Positions 8,718-17,974 are shown, counted from the first letter of the stretch. The stretch: 64,000 nucleotides of DNA from Gammaproteobacteria bacterium (GCA_965220815.1 OZ244846.1:4212538-4276537), one strand, 5' to 3'. Made by a program: numbers and translations. The notes: generated by a model not told the origin, from the sequence alone.

Positions 8718-9731
8718 ATGCTAAATAGAATTGAGCTTAAAAATTTTGGGCCACTTTCCAAATTAAATTGGAGTGACCTTGGCTCCATCAACCTGATTGT
8801 CGGTGGCAATGGCACAGGGAAGACGTTCCTTTTGAAAGCTGTTTATAGCGCCATGCGGACTCTGGAAGAATACAAACGCGGAGATGAACGTAGAACAGAT
8901 GCTGAGATCCTCGCCGAAAAACTTTACTGGATATTCCAGCCAGACAAGATTGGCGATCTTGTGACCAAGGGGACCGACGGCGCATTGTCTTTTACTGTGC
9001 AAATTGACCGACAGAACTTTATTTACAGCTTTGGTAAGAATACAACCAAGCAAATCTCATCGCTGGAAAACCAGGTCCCGCCACGGTCAAGCAACTCTAT
9101 ATTCCTGCCTGCGAAAGAAGTGCTGTCTTTACATCAGATTATTCTTAAATCCCGCGAACAGGATAAGGCCTTTGGTTTTGACGATACCTATCTCGATCTC
9201 GCCAGAGCACTGCGCCAGTCTACCCAGAAGGGCAAGAATGATGATCAGTTTGCCCAGTCGCGACAGAGCTTGGAAGATATTTTCGGGGGACGGGTCGAAT
9301 ATGATGAGACGTCCGGTCGTTGGCAATTCAAAAAAGGAAATCTGAAGTTCCCTATCGGCGTGACATCCGAAGGCATCAAGAAGCTTGCCATTCTCGATAC
9401 CTTACTTGCTAACCGGTATCTCGATACCAACTCGATTGTATTCATTGACGAACCGGAGTCGTCCCTTCACCCCGTAGCAGTTTCGCAACTTTTGGATATC
9501 GTTGCTGTGCTTGCCAAGAGCGGTATCCAGTTCTTTCTAGCCAGCCACTCTTACTTTGTCGTGAAGAAGCTGTATTTGATTGCTCAAGAGCAGAATCTTT
9601 CCATCCCGGTCATTTCGGCTCATAACAACCAATGGACTCCCGCAGACCTTAGGGAAGGAATGCCGGAAAATTCGATCATTGATGAGTCAATCAAACTTTA
9701 CAAGGAAGAGGTGGGGTTAGTACTTAAATGA
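8718..9731 (+). CDS. Small ABC/AAA_15-21-type ATPase (cassette gene 1)
   Basis: 337-aa ORF with a GGGAG RBS upstream. Walker A GGNGTGKTF, signature-like TSEGIKKLAIL, Walker B IVFIDEPESSLHP, H-loop-like LASHSYF. GC is lower than in the flanks. Confidence 0.8.
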   Translation: MLNRIELKNFGPLSKLNWSDLGSINLIVGGNGTGKTFLLKAVYSAMRTLEEYKRGDERRTDAEILAEKLYWIFQPDKIGDLVTKGTDGALSFTVQIDRQNFIYSFGKNTTKQISSLENQVPPRSSNSIFLPAKEVLSLHQIILKSREQDKAFGFDDTYLDLARALRQSTQKGKNDDQFAQSRQSLEDIFGGRVEYDETSGRWQFKKGNLKFPIGVTSEGIKKLAILDTLLANRYLDTNSIVFIDEPESSLHPVAVSQLLDIVAVLAKSGIQFFLASHSYFVVKKLYLIAQEQNLSIPVISAHNNQWTPADLREGMPENSIIDESIKLYKEEVGLVLK

Positions 9732-10270
9732 GCACACAGCCGATTATCGAATCCGGAATGACATTCGGCCCGTATCCGGAAGGTCAATGTTTTTACATTG
9801 AGAAAAGCAATATCTACGCAGCTATTCAGGAACATGTCCAGATGGCAGAGTTCCTGTTGTTGCGCACAAGTAACGAAAAACCGGTGATCTGGATCGTCGA
9901 GGCCAAATCCAGTACGCCTCATCCCGAAACCCAACCTAAATTCGATGACTTCATCGTTGAGATCCGAGAAAAACTCATTAATGCCTTTTCACTTGGATGG
10001 GCATCTTGCTTGAAAAGGCACCAACATGCCAAATCAGAATTACCCGAAGATTTCAAAACACTTAACCTGTCACAAGTTGATGTGAAGTTTGTATTGGTGA
10101 TAAAAGGACATCACGACGAGTGGCTGCCGCCACTTCAGGATGAGTTAGGGATTGCGCTGCGTTCAACAGTCAGAACCTGGGCCTTTGCCCCGACCTCCGT
10201 TGCGGTAATCAACGATGTGTTAGCACGACAATATGGACTGATACTTCCCGCGAAAGGAGGTGGCAATTGA
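9728..10270 (+). CDS. Hypothetical 180-aa protein with a PD-(D/E)xK-like core (cassette gene 2, putative nuclease effector)
   Basis: The start overlaps the ATPase stop (ATGA) and the stop overlaps the pglZ TTG start (TTGA). PVIWIVEAKSS resembles an E-x-K restriction-endonuclease-fold motif. No other motif was recognised. Confidence 0.55.
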   Translation: MSTQPIIESGMTFGPYPEGQCFYIEKSNIYAAIQEHVQMAEFLLLRTSNEKPVIWIVEAKSSTPHPETQPKFDDFIVEIREKLINAFSLGWASCLKRHQHAKSELPEDFKTLNLSQVDVKFVLVIKGHHDEWLPPLQDELGIALRSTVRTWAFAPTSVAVINDVLARQYGLILPAKGGGN

Positions 10271-12612
10271 GATTGCTTGATCATCTCCTGAAAGCAGTCC
10301 GTGATGCCGCAGTCTTCAACCCCGAGGTTCAGGTAGCTCCGGCCTGTATTCTCTGGCCGGATCGTGACCGTCAGTGGGAGGCCGCCATACCCGCTCTTCA
10401 GGCCGAACTGCCTGAACTCATGACCCTGGGCGACTATGCGCCCGAAGAACGTATTGGGCCTGCCATCTGGTTACGTTGCGTGATTGCCGGTCAGGTTCCC
10501 GATGTCTCTCTGCCCGAGGACCGGAGGCCGATTTTTTATCTACCGGGCATCAGCCGCCAAGACCTGAGGGCAATAGAAAGCTGCCCGGATCACTTGAAGC
10601 CGCTTGCCGAGTTGCAATACCGAGGCGTGATCTGGTCACAAATCAATGCCAAGGACTGGACGGTCCTGGCCTATCTGAAATCAGATCAAAGTGGGCTTGG
10701 GCTTGATGTAGCCCAAGACAACGATGCCAGGAATGCCATGCAGCTTGCGTTGCGTCGGCTTCTTGACGAGGATGTCGCCTTACTGAAAGGTAAGCGCCTG
10801 GATAAGGACTACTTCAACACCCTGTTGACGGGTGACCCGGTTCGCGATCTCCTGCAATGGCTCGACCAGGGGGATGCGTTCCAGGCGAGTCGTGGCGAGA
10901 ACGAATGGAAAGCCTTTGTCGAGGTGTGCAAATCCCAACTGGCCTTCAACCCCCACAACGAAGGCGTCCTGGCCGGGAGCGCCAGGCTCGCAAACCACGA
11001 AGGCCCGTGGCAGGCTGTTTGGGAGCGTTACTGCGAGGCTCCTCAGCACTATCCGAACATCCCCGCTCAAATCAGAAGGTGTCAGCCGCCAGAATTTGAT
11101 CTGTTCACAGATGAGCAGGTGGCAGAGGGCTGGCCCCAATGGAATGACATCCAGGAAAAAGAACTTTGCCATAGCCTTATGGGCCTTGACAAAGTGCCCC
11201 CGCACCAAGCGAGAACCAAGATTGAAGAGTTGGAAAAACAGCACGGCTACAGGCGTTATCTGGTCTGGGCCGAACTGGACGAAGCCCCTTTGGCCCGCGC
11301 ATTGGAACACTTGGCGACCATTGCCGAGAGTACGAAAACCAGCCTTGCTGCAGGTTCGGTGGACGATCTCGCAACGGGTTATCGCAGTCAAGGGTGGCGG
11401 GTCGATGACGGAGTGATTAGGGCTTTGGCGCAGGTGGATAGCCCTGCTGACTTTGAAGCCGTGACGATCGCCATCCGGTCCGTTTACCTGCCATGGCTGG
11501 AAGAATCAGCCCGCTATCTCCAGAAACTGGTTGATGACGCATCTTACCCGGGAGGCACCTGCCTGACGGTTAAGGAAACGCCTTTCAGCTTCGGGGACTG
11601 CGTTCTGTTCGTCGACGGACTCCGTTTCGACGCCGGAAAGCGTCTGTTCGAGTACCTGGATGCATGTGGGCTTGAGATCTCCGAGGAACCGACCTGGGCG
11701 GCCTTGCCTAGCGTAACTGCTACAGGCAAGGCGGCAGTTACCCCAGTGAGAGATATGATTCGGGATGTGGACGGCAGCCCTGATTTCGAGCCTTCGGTAG
11801 CGGATACCGGCCAGTCGTTAAAGGGAGGTTACCATCTGAAGAAGTTATTGACCGACGCTGGATGGTCGATCCTGGGACACTCTGCTGATGGCGATGGTCA
11901 GGGCATGGCTTGGTGTGAATTCGGGGATATCGACCACGAAGGTCACGACCGTGGGTGGAAACTGGCCAAGCACATTGACGCTCTGATTCTGGAAATCAGA
12001 GACCGTATCATGGGACTGTTGGCAGCAGGTTGGAAGCGCGTCAGGGTTGTGACAGATCATGGCTGGTTGTTGCTACCCGGGGGATTGCCAAAAATCGAAC
12101 TTCCCAGCGCACTGGTGGAAAGCAAGTGGGGACGCTGCGCCTCATTGAAGGCGGGCGCCTCGACCGAGGAACGGCTTTATCCATGGTATTGGAATCCAAA
12201 CCAGTATTTTGCCCTCGCTGATGGCGTGTGTTGTTTCAAGAAAGGGGAAGAGTACACCCACGGCGGCCTGAGCCTGCAAGAGTGCCTGACGCTGCAATTG
12301 ACGGTAGCGCAAGGCGAATCTGCCCAGGCAGCGGTATCTGTCGAATTTACCGACGTGGTGTGGAAGGGTTTGCGCTGTACTGTTGCCGTGGATGGCAACT
12401 TCTCGGACTTATCACTTGATGTCCGCAGCCAAGCCGGTAATTCTTCATCCAGTGTGGTCGTTGGCGTTAAGCTGCTTCAAGACAAGGGAACAGCCTCCGT
12501 GGTCGTCGAGGACGAGGACATGGAGGGGCGTGAAGCAACGGTTGTCCTGATTGATACCAATGGATCGCTGGTTGCGCAAATCGCCACGGTAATAGGTGGA
12601 GGTAATACATGA
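10267..12612 (+). CDS. pglZ: BREX alkaline-phosphatase-superfamily protein PglZ
   Basis: 781-aa ORF. PglZ-domain hallmarks VLFVDGLRFD and VVTDHGWLL. Lies immediately upstream of brxL with overlapping junctions. Confidence 0.9.
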   Translation: MRLLDHLLKAVRDAAVFNPEVQVAPACILWPDRDRQWEAAIPALQAELPELMTLGDYAPEERIGPAIWLRCVIAGQVPDVSLPEDRRPIFYLPGISRQDLRAIESCPDHLKPLAELQYRGVIWSQINAKDWTVLAYLKSDQSGLGLDVAQDNDARNAMQLALRRLLDEDVALLKGKRLDKDYFNTLLTGDPVRDLLQWLDQGDAFQASRGENEWKAFVEVCKSQLAFNPHNEGVLAGSARLANHEGPWQAVWERYCEAPQHYPNIPAQIRRCQPPEFDLFTDEQVAEGWPQWNDIQEKELCHSLMGLDKVPPHQARTKIEELEKQHGYRRYLVWAELDEAPLARALEHLATIAESTKTSLAAGSVDDLATGYRSQGWRVDDGVIRALAQVDSPADFEAVTIAIRSVYLPWLEESARYLQKLVDDASYPGGTCLTVKETPFSFGDCVLFVDGLRFDAGKRLFEYLDACGLEISEEPTWAALPSVTATGKAAVTPVRDMIRDVDGSPDFEPSVADTGQSLKGGYHLKKLLTDAGWSILGHSADGDGQGMAWCEFGDIDHEGHDRGWKLAKHIDALILEIRDRIMGLLAAGWKRVRVVTDHGWLLLPGGLPKIELPSALVESKWGRCASLKAGASTEERLYPWYWNPNQYFALADGVCCFKKGEEYTHGGLSLQECLTLQLTVAQGESAQAAVSVEFTDVVWKGLRCTVAVDGNFSDLSLDVRSQAGNSSSSVVVGVKLLQDKGTASVVVEDEDMEGREATVVLIDTNGSLVAQIATVIGGGNT

Positions 12613-14654
12613 TTGAAATGGACCAGATCGACAAGAAGGCGGCCACCTCGCTAGACGGGTACTTGGTTCGAAAGGATTTGGTTCGAACGTTCAGCCGCCA
12701 ATTTCCGGTGCCGACGTACGTAGTCGAGTTTCTACTCGGCCGATATTGCGCCAGCACCGAGCAGGACGAGATCGATGAGGGTCTTGAGATCGTCCAAAGG
12801 CAACTCAAATCAAGAACGGTCAAAGCCGGGGAAGAAGAACTCTTCAAGGCCCGGACCAGGGAAAATGGCGAGATCAAAATCATCGACCTCATTACCGCTC
12901 GCCTGGATGCGAAGACCGACTCCTACATCGCAACACTACCCAGCTTGCGGCTAAACGATGTCCGCATCAGCCCCGAACTGGCGAATGAACATGAACGGAT
13001 GCTGACAGGCGGCTTCTATGCTGAAATCAGTCTGAACTACGATGCGTCTATCGCGCAGGAGAGTAAAGGAAGACCCTTCGGTGTTGCGTCGCTCCGGGAA
13101 ATCCAGCTATCCAAACGGGATGTGCTAGATATCCTGGCAGAGACCCGCAAGTCCTTCACTACCTGTGAGTGGATTGAGTTTCTGCTTCGCTCCGTCGGCA
13201 TTGAGCCAAATGGATTATCTTTGCGGCAACGCGATGTCTTGATGCTGCGAATGGTTCCTTTTGTCGAGAGAAATTACAACCTGGTGGAACTCGGGCCGAG
13301 GGGAACTGGCAAAAGCCATCTCTTCCAGCAGGTTTCTCCGTATGCTCACTTGATTTCCGGTGGTAAAGCAACAGTTGCCAAATTGTTCGTCAACAACGCA
13401 ACAGGCCAGCGCGGATTGGTCTGCCAATACGATGTGGTCTGCTTCGATGAGGTGTCCGGCATCTCCTTCGATCAGAAAGATGGTGTGAACATCCTGAAGG
13501 GATACATGGAGGCCGGCGAATTCAGCCGTGGCAAGGAAAGCATCCGTGCCGATGGCAGCATCGTCCTGGTTGGGAACTTCGATGTGGATGTTGAACACCA
13601 GCAGCGCATCGGGCACCTGTTTGGCCCCATGCCCCCCGAGATGAAAGACGACACCGCATTCATGGATCGAATCCACGCATATGTGCCCGGCTGGGATGTG
13701 CCCAAAATCAGCAAGGAGCTTTTGACGAATCACTTCGGTCTTGTGAGCGATTTCTTGTCCGAGTGCTGGAGTCAGCTCCGCAATCAAAGCCGTGTCGGTG
13801 TACTGCAAGGCCGGGTGTTTTTCGGTGGCGCTCTGTCGGGCCGAGATACAAATGCGGTCAACAAAACCGTAAGTGGATTGCTCAAGCTTCTCCATCCCGG
13901 CGAGGGCGAGGTGGCCGACGAGGACATCGAGTGGGCCGTCCATATCGCCATGGAGGCAAGACGTCGCGTCAAAGAACAGCAGAAACGCATTGGCGCGGCG
14001 GAATTCCGTAATACTCACTTCAGCTACGCAATGGGTGACGACGGCGTGGAAAAGTTTGTCTCGACGCCGGAACTGCAAAGCGAAAACAGCATTGGGAGCG
14101 ATCCCCTTGAGCCGGGTCAGGTCTGGACCATCTCGCCGGGTGGCGGTGAAGAACACCCAGGGCTCTACCGCATTGAGATCAATGAAGGCCCGGGTACCGG
14201 TGTCAAGATACTCAACAAGCCCGTGCCCCCCGCCTTCAGGGAAAGTATGGGCTACGCCGAGCAAAACCTTTACGCGCGGTCAATGCAATTGGTCGGCGAC
14301 AAGGACCCTCGACACCACGAATTCACTGCGCAACTCCGAGCCTTCGACGCGTCCAAGTCCGGTACGAAACTCGGCATGGCGTCACTCATTGCGCTATGTA
14401 CTGCTTTATTGAAGAAAAGCGTGCGCGGAGGTCTCATCATCGTTGGAGAAATTAATCTGGGTGGCTCTATTGAACCTGTTCACAACCCCGTTACGATTGC
14501 CGAGATTGCGGTTGAAAAAGGTGCGTCTGTGCTATTGATACCGGTTGTTTGCCGTCGGCAACTTTATGATTTGTCCGATGACATGGCTACCAAAATTGAC
14601 ATTCAATTTTATTCCGATGGTAGGGATGCCCTGTTGAAGGCAATGGTGGAGTAA
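12609..14654 (+). CDS. brxL: BREX Lon-protease-like protein BrxL
   Basis: 681-aa ORF overlapping the pglZ stop. N-terminal LVRKDLVRTFSRQFPVPTYVVEFLLGRYCAS. AAA motifs ELGPRGTGKSHLF and VVCFDEVSG. C-terminal Lon-protease-like domain (LGMASLIALCTALL...GEINLGGSIEPV). Confidence 0.9.
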   Translation: MIEMDQIDKKAATSLDGYLVRKDLVRTFSRQFPVPTYVVEFLLGRYCASTEQDEIDEGLEIVQRQLKSRTVKAGEEELFKARTRENGEIKIIDLITARLDAKTDSYIATLPSLRLNDVRISPELANEHERMLTGGFYAEISLNYDASIAQESKGRPFGVASLREIQLSKRDVLDILAETRKSFTTCEWIEFLLRSVGIEPNGLSLRQRDVLMLRMVPFVERNYNLVELGPRGTGKSHLFQQVSPYAHLISGGKATVAKLFVNNATGQRGLVCQYDVVCFDEVSGISFDQKDGVNILKGYMEAGEFSRGKESIRADGSIVLVGNFDVDVEHQQRIGHLFGPMPPEMKDDTAFMDRIHAYVPGWDVPKISKELLTNHFGLVSDFLSECWSQLRNQSRVGVLQGRVFFGGALSGRDTNAVNKTVSGLLKLLHPGEGEVADEDIEWAVHIAMEARRRVKEQQKRIGAAEFRNTHFSYAMGDDGVEKFVSTPELQSENSIGSDPLEPGQVWTISPGGGEEHPGLYRIEINEGPGTGVKILNKPVPPAFRESMGYAEQNLYARSMQLVGDKDPRHHEFTAQLRAFDASKSGTKLGMASLIALCTALLKKSVRGGLIIVGEINLGGSIEPVHNPVTIAEIAVEKGASVLLIPVVCRRQLYDLSDDMATKIDIQFYSDGRDALLKAMVE

Positions 14655-14720
14655 TCCGAATTAAGGCCCGTGTCTAAATAGAATAAAATCCGAAAACCAC
14701 CACTCTCACCATCTGATTAC

Positions 14721-15506
14721 ATGATTTCAAAAGACTCGAAAGACTTCATCGGCTCAATCGCACGCTGCATGAAAGTCATCACGGCGTTTGACGCTGAAGA
14801 TGTTGAAATGTCTCCCGCGGACGTAGCCGCGAAAACCGGCCTGACGCGGGCGACGACCAGGAGGGTATTGTTGACCCTGACTTCCCTGGGGTATGTGGCC
14901 AGCGACGGCAAGTGGTTCCGGTTGTCGCCAAAAATGCTCGACCTGGGTTTTTCTTACCTGGCTTCCATGCAGATTGGCGAGGTGGTCCAGCCGATTATCA
15001 ATGCCGCGAGCAAGAAGGTTGGAGAAACCTGCGCGATCTCGGTGCTGGATGGCCAGGATATTGTCAGTATAGCCCACAGTTCGTTCGATCGTTTCGACCA
15101 GGTGACGTTTTATCCCGGGACACACATGCCGGCCTGTATTTCGGCTGCCGGGAGGGTGATGCTGGCGAACCAGAACACGGAAAAACTCGATGCGTTTCTA
15201 AGGAATGTCAGGTTCAAACGCTACACACCTAAGTCGATTGCCGCCCGAGCGGATTTAATCAAGGAACTGGAACAGGTAAGGCAGCAGGGATATGCACGCG
15301 TTGACGGAGAACTCGAAGTCGGCCTGTATACGCTGGCGGCGCCGATTTTTAACGTTTATAAACATCCCATCGCCGCAGTAACTTTCGGCGGCAATGTAGC
15401 CCGCATCAACGATGAGAATATCGATAACTACCTGCCTGAATTATTCAATGTAGCGCAGAGGATAGGCCAGTTGCTGCCCAACAACCATTCACATTGGATT
15501 TGGTGA
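14721..15506 (+). CDS. IclR-family transcriptional regulator
   Basis: 261 aa with an N-terminal wHTH (MSPADVAAKTGLTRATTRRVLLTLTSLGYV) and a C-terminal IclR effector-type domain. Confidence 0.85.
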   Translation: MISKDSKDFIGSIARCMKVITAFDAEDVEMSPADVAAKTGLTRATTRRVLLTLTSLGYVASDGKWFRLSPKMLDLGFSYLASMQIGEVVQPIINAASKKVGETCAISVLDGQDIVSIAHSSFDRFDQVTFYPGTHMPACISAAGRVMLANQNTEKLDAFLRNVRFKRYTPKSIAARADLIKELEQVRQQGYARVDGELEVGLYTLAAPIFNVYKHPIAAVTFGGNVARINDENIDNYLPELFNVAQRIGQLLPNNHSHWIW

Positions 15507-15509
15507 GAT

Positions 15510-16700
15510 ATGAGGACTGACAAATTATTCCTGGGGGTAGCTACCGGCAAGTTTATCAGTGTGCTCGGCCTGCTGTTGATGCCGGTGCAGATCGGGGCCA
15601 TGATCGACGGCCTGGGCCTGGGGGAGGCCGCAATCGGTTTTCTGGCGACACTGGAATTTTCCGCGCTGGGGGCCGGTCTCATATTCGTTGCGATAAACCC
15701 CTTGAAAACGTCGGCGCTGAGGTACGCGCTGATTGGCGCTGCCTTGATAATAGCAGGCCAGATAGCCTCTGCACTGGTTACCGGGTACGGCGTTTTGACG
15801 GCCTTGCGTTGTCTCGTCGGTTTTGGCGCGGGTCTCGCCAATGCGGCGGCAACGGTGACCATTGCGGCGAATTTCAGGGAGCCCGAGCGTACCGCCGGCT
15901 ATGCGTTCGGACTGGTCTACCTGGTAGGCGGGGCGCTCTACCTGGCGTCACCGTATATGACTGGATACGGGTACCATAAAGGTGTTTTCCTGAGCCTGGC
16001 AGTCGTCGTCCTGGTGTGCATACCGTTACTTTTTGCCTTGCCCGATACACCGCTGGAGAAGAAAAAAAGGGCCGCCGCCGGACCGGATGCCATATTAAGC
16101 GTGGCCGCTTTTCTACTGTTTACCGCCGAGGTATTCCTGATGATTGGTATGGGCGCGGCCTGGGCCTTCGGTGAGCGCATGGGACTGGCCGTAAACCTGA
16201 CAACCCATGAGATCGGGTTTTATTTTGCCTGCACCATGATTGCGTCCATTGCCGGCTCGCTGTTTGCAGGCTGGCTGGGCACGCGCTACGGCAGGACGCT
16301 GCCTTTCGTCGTCTGTACGATACTGGTCGCCATCTGTTGCTATTTCATGGCTAATCCCGGTATCGCCCTGGTCTATGTAATCTGCCTGCTGAGTTTCCAG
16401 GTGTTCCAGGCGTTGTTCATCCCGTTTTTGATCGGGACGGGCGCGGCCCTGGAAAGCAGCGGGCGCCTGTCCGCTGCAGTGGTGGCGGTAGAGATTTTCA
16501 GCTTCGGCGCCGGCGGGGTTGCGGGCGGCATGGTAGTCGAGGCGTTCGGCCTGGCGGCAGTGGGCTGGCTGGCGGCCCTGGGCGGTATCGTCGCAATCCC
16601 GCTGCTCATTATGGTCTGCCTGCCCCTGGATCGGCGAACCCGCAGAGACAATGGGGACGGACTTCAAGTCCGTCCCCGGCAAAACCTGGGGTCAGAGTAA
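15510..16700 (+). CDS. MFS transporter
   Basis: 396-aa polytopic hydrophobic protein. The C-terminal tail (...RRDNGDGLQVRPRQNLGSE*) is encoded by two repeat elements. Confidence 0.8.
   Translation: MRTDKLFLGVATGKFISVLGLLLMPVQIGAMIDGLGLGEAAIGFLATLEFSALGAGLIFVAINPLKTSALRYALIGAALIIAGQIASALVTGYGVLTALRCLVGFGAGLANAAATVTIAANFREPERTAGYAFGLVYLVGGALYLASPYMTGYGYHKGVFLSLAVVVLVCIPLLFALPDTPLEKKKRAAAGPDAILSVAAFLLFTAEVFLMIGMGAAWAFGERMGLAVNLTTHEIGFYFACTMIASIAGSLFAGWLGTRYGRTLPFVVCTILVAICCYFMANPGIALVYVICLLSFQVFQALFIPFLIGTGAALESSGRLSAAVVAVEIFSFGAGGVAGGMVVEAFGLAAVGWLAALGGIVAIPLLIMVCLPLDRRTRRDNGDGLQVRPRQNLGSE
16653..16677. repeat. GGGGACGGA-loop-TCCGTCCCC hairpin repeat (family 2), inside the 3' end of the MFS gene
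   Basis: ggggacggacttcaagtccgtcccc, preceded by cagagacaat. A second copy with the same flank lies at 26736-26760. Confidence 0.75.
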
Positions 16701-16728
16701 AAATACTATGAATTTTTACTCTGACCCC
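16688..16728. repeat. REP/MITE-like palindrome GGGGTCAGAGTAA...TTACTCTGACCCC (family 1)
   Basis: Perfect 17-bp stem (ggggtcagagtaaaaat / atttttactctgacccc) with a 7-nt loop. Both convergent MFS genes terminate inside its arms. Confidence 0.9.
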
Positions 16729-17900
16729 AAAAATCTATACATGCGGAAAAACAGGCAGTAACTGAACAATAACAGGATTATGCTGACATAGATGATATTG
16801 GTGTACCGGTTGCCGACGATTACCAGTCCCGCCAGTACCGGGCCGGCCGACAGGCCGATGCCCTGTAACACGGGTAACAGAACGACTGTACGTCCGCTCC
16901 GGTCAAGACTGGCTATCCAGCCGTTCTGAAACGGGATGACGAAACTGTAAAAGAAGTTGTAGACACATAATGCAGCCATATACATCGCGGCGGACGGATG
17001 CCGTCCAATAGCCGCCAGGGCCAAGAACAACAGCGCGTAACCGGATGAAATTGCCGCGATGCGTTTTATCCTGCCGGCAAGCCAGGCAGGAACCAGGGCG
17101 CCGGTAAAACTGAACAGCAGGGAGACGGCCAGGGTGAATGCAATGAAATCTGCGGCAAAACCTTCGGCATCTCCCAGCCGTTCCATGAACGACCAGATAC
17201 TGTTCATGGATGCAAAGAATAATCCGACAGCCAGCAACCCGATTAACGCGGCGGGGGGTATCGCATCAGGCACACTATTCAAATCACGACCGCCACCCGG
17301 GAGTACGGTTAAAGGATTGGCGCGTGGCGCCGCGTGGAGGCATATAAGGGGCAACAGCGCCACCAGCCCGGTCATGATAAAAACAGCTTCTGCTCCCCAT
17401 GCCACCCAGATATGAGATGCGCCGTACAGGCACAACGCACCCAGGAACACCTGCAACGTCATAGCATAGGCAAACTCCCGGTCAGGGTTGTCCGAAGCGC
17501 TGACGGTGGCGTACATGAACGCGCTCATCATCCCTGCGCCCCATCCGGCCAGGTAGCGGCATGCAAGCAGCGCCGCATAACTTTCCGCCACGCCGCACAA
17601 CAGGTTGGGGATGACGGTAAACAGCACGGCGAGGGGAAACACCCTGCGCCAGTAGCAGCGATGTATCCAGTAGCGGGCGGTGAACGAAGCGATGGTGCTC
17701 GCCGTCATGTCCGCCGATAACAGCAGGCCGACCTGTTTAGTGTTAAAACCGTATGCTTCGGTGAATATACCGGCCAGGACGGGCAATAAATAATAGACTA
17801 CCAGGCATGCCGCAAAGATTAGGTAGGTAAGCCAGCGAGTCGTTAAGGCATTGACATTGACAGGCTCCGGGTCCCGGTAGTCTTTGGGTAGAACTATCAA
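16716..17900 (-). CDS. MFS transporter
   Basis: 394-aa polytopic hydrophobic protein ending ...FLGSE*, with the stop inside the REP arm. Confidence 0.8.
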   Translation of the reverse strand: MIVLPKDYRDPEPVNVNALTTRWLTYLIFAACLVVYYLLPVLAGIFTEAYGFNTKQVGLLLSADMTASTIASFTARYWIHRCYWRRVFPLAVLFTVIPNLLCGVAESYAALLACRYLAGWGAGMMSAFMYATVSASDNPDREFAYAMTLQVFLGALCLYGASHIWVAWGAEAVFIMTGLVALLPLICLHAAPRANPLTVLPGGGRDLNSVPDAIPPAALIGLLAVGLFFASMNSIWSFMERLGDAEGFAADFIAFTLAVSLLFSFTGALVPAWLAGRIKRIAAISSGYALLFLALAAIGRHPSAAMYMAALCVYNFFYSFVIPFQNGWIASLDRSGRTVVLLPVLQGIGLSAGPVLAGLVIVGNRYTNIIYVSIILLLFSYCLFFRMYRFLGSE

Positions 17901-17909
17901 GGGATATAT

Positions 17910-17974
17910 GGGGTCAGAGTAAAATTACCCCATACCCTGCCACCGACTACGATAACGAGACATACTCTGACCCC
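17910..17974. repeat. REP family 1 copy with a long loop
   Basis: ggggtcagagtaaaa at 17910-17924 and tactctgacccc at 17963-17974. Confidence 0.8.

Larger units (their letters stand above)
1..14654 (+). other. Type 1 BREX defence island (brxC 3' end - AlbA_2 gene - pglX - PHP/ATPase - relics - 2-gene cassette - pglZ - brxL)
   Basis: Collinear plus-strand genes with overlapping or near-abutting junctions. pglX, pglZ and brxL are recognised by motifs and lie in the canonical type 1 order. Confidence 0.85.

Noticed and set aside
13215-14264. 349-aa antisense ORF inside brxL. Similar long shadow ORFs occur elsewhere: 32900-34048 (-) in trkA, 31800-32897 (-) and 30935-31870 (-) in the regulator and kinase, 58059-59480 (-) across gpmI/envC, 56605-57438 (-) in gpmI, 34439-35212 (+) in trkH, 49114-49860 (+) opposite pyrD, and 10780-11391 (-) in pglZ.
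   Set aside because: All lie fully within, and antisense or out of frame to, genes with clear family motifs. Their translations are Arg/Ala/Gly/Pro-rich low-complexity strings typical of shadow ORFs in GC-rich DNA. No motifs were recognised.
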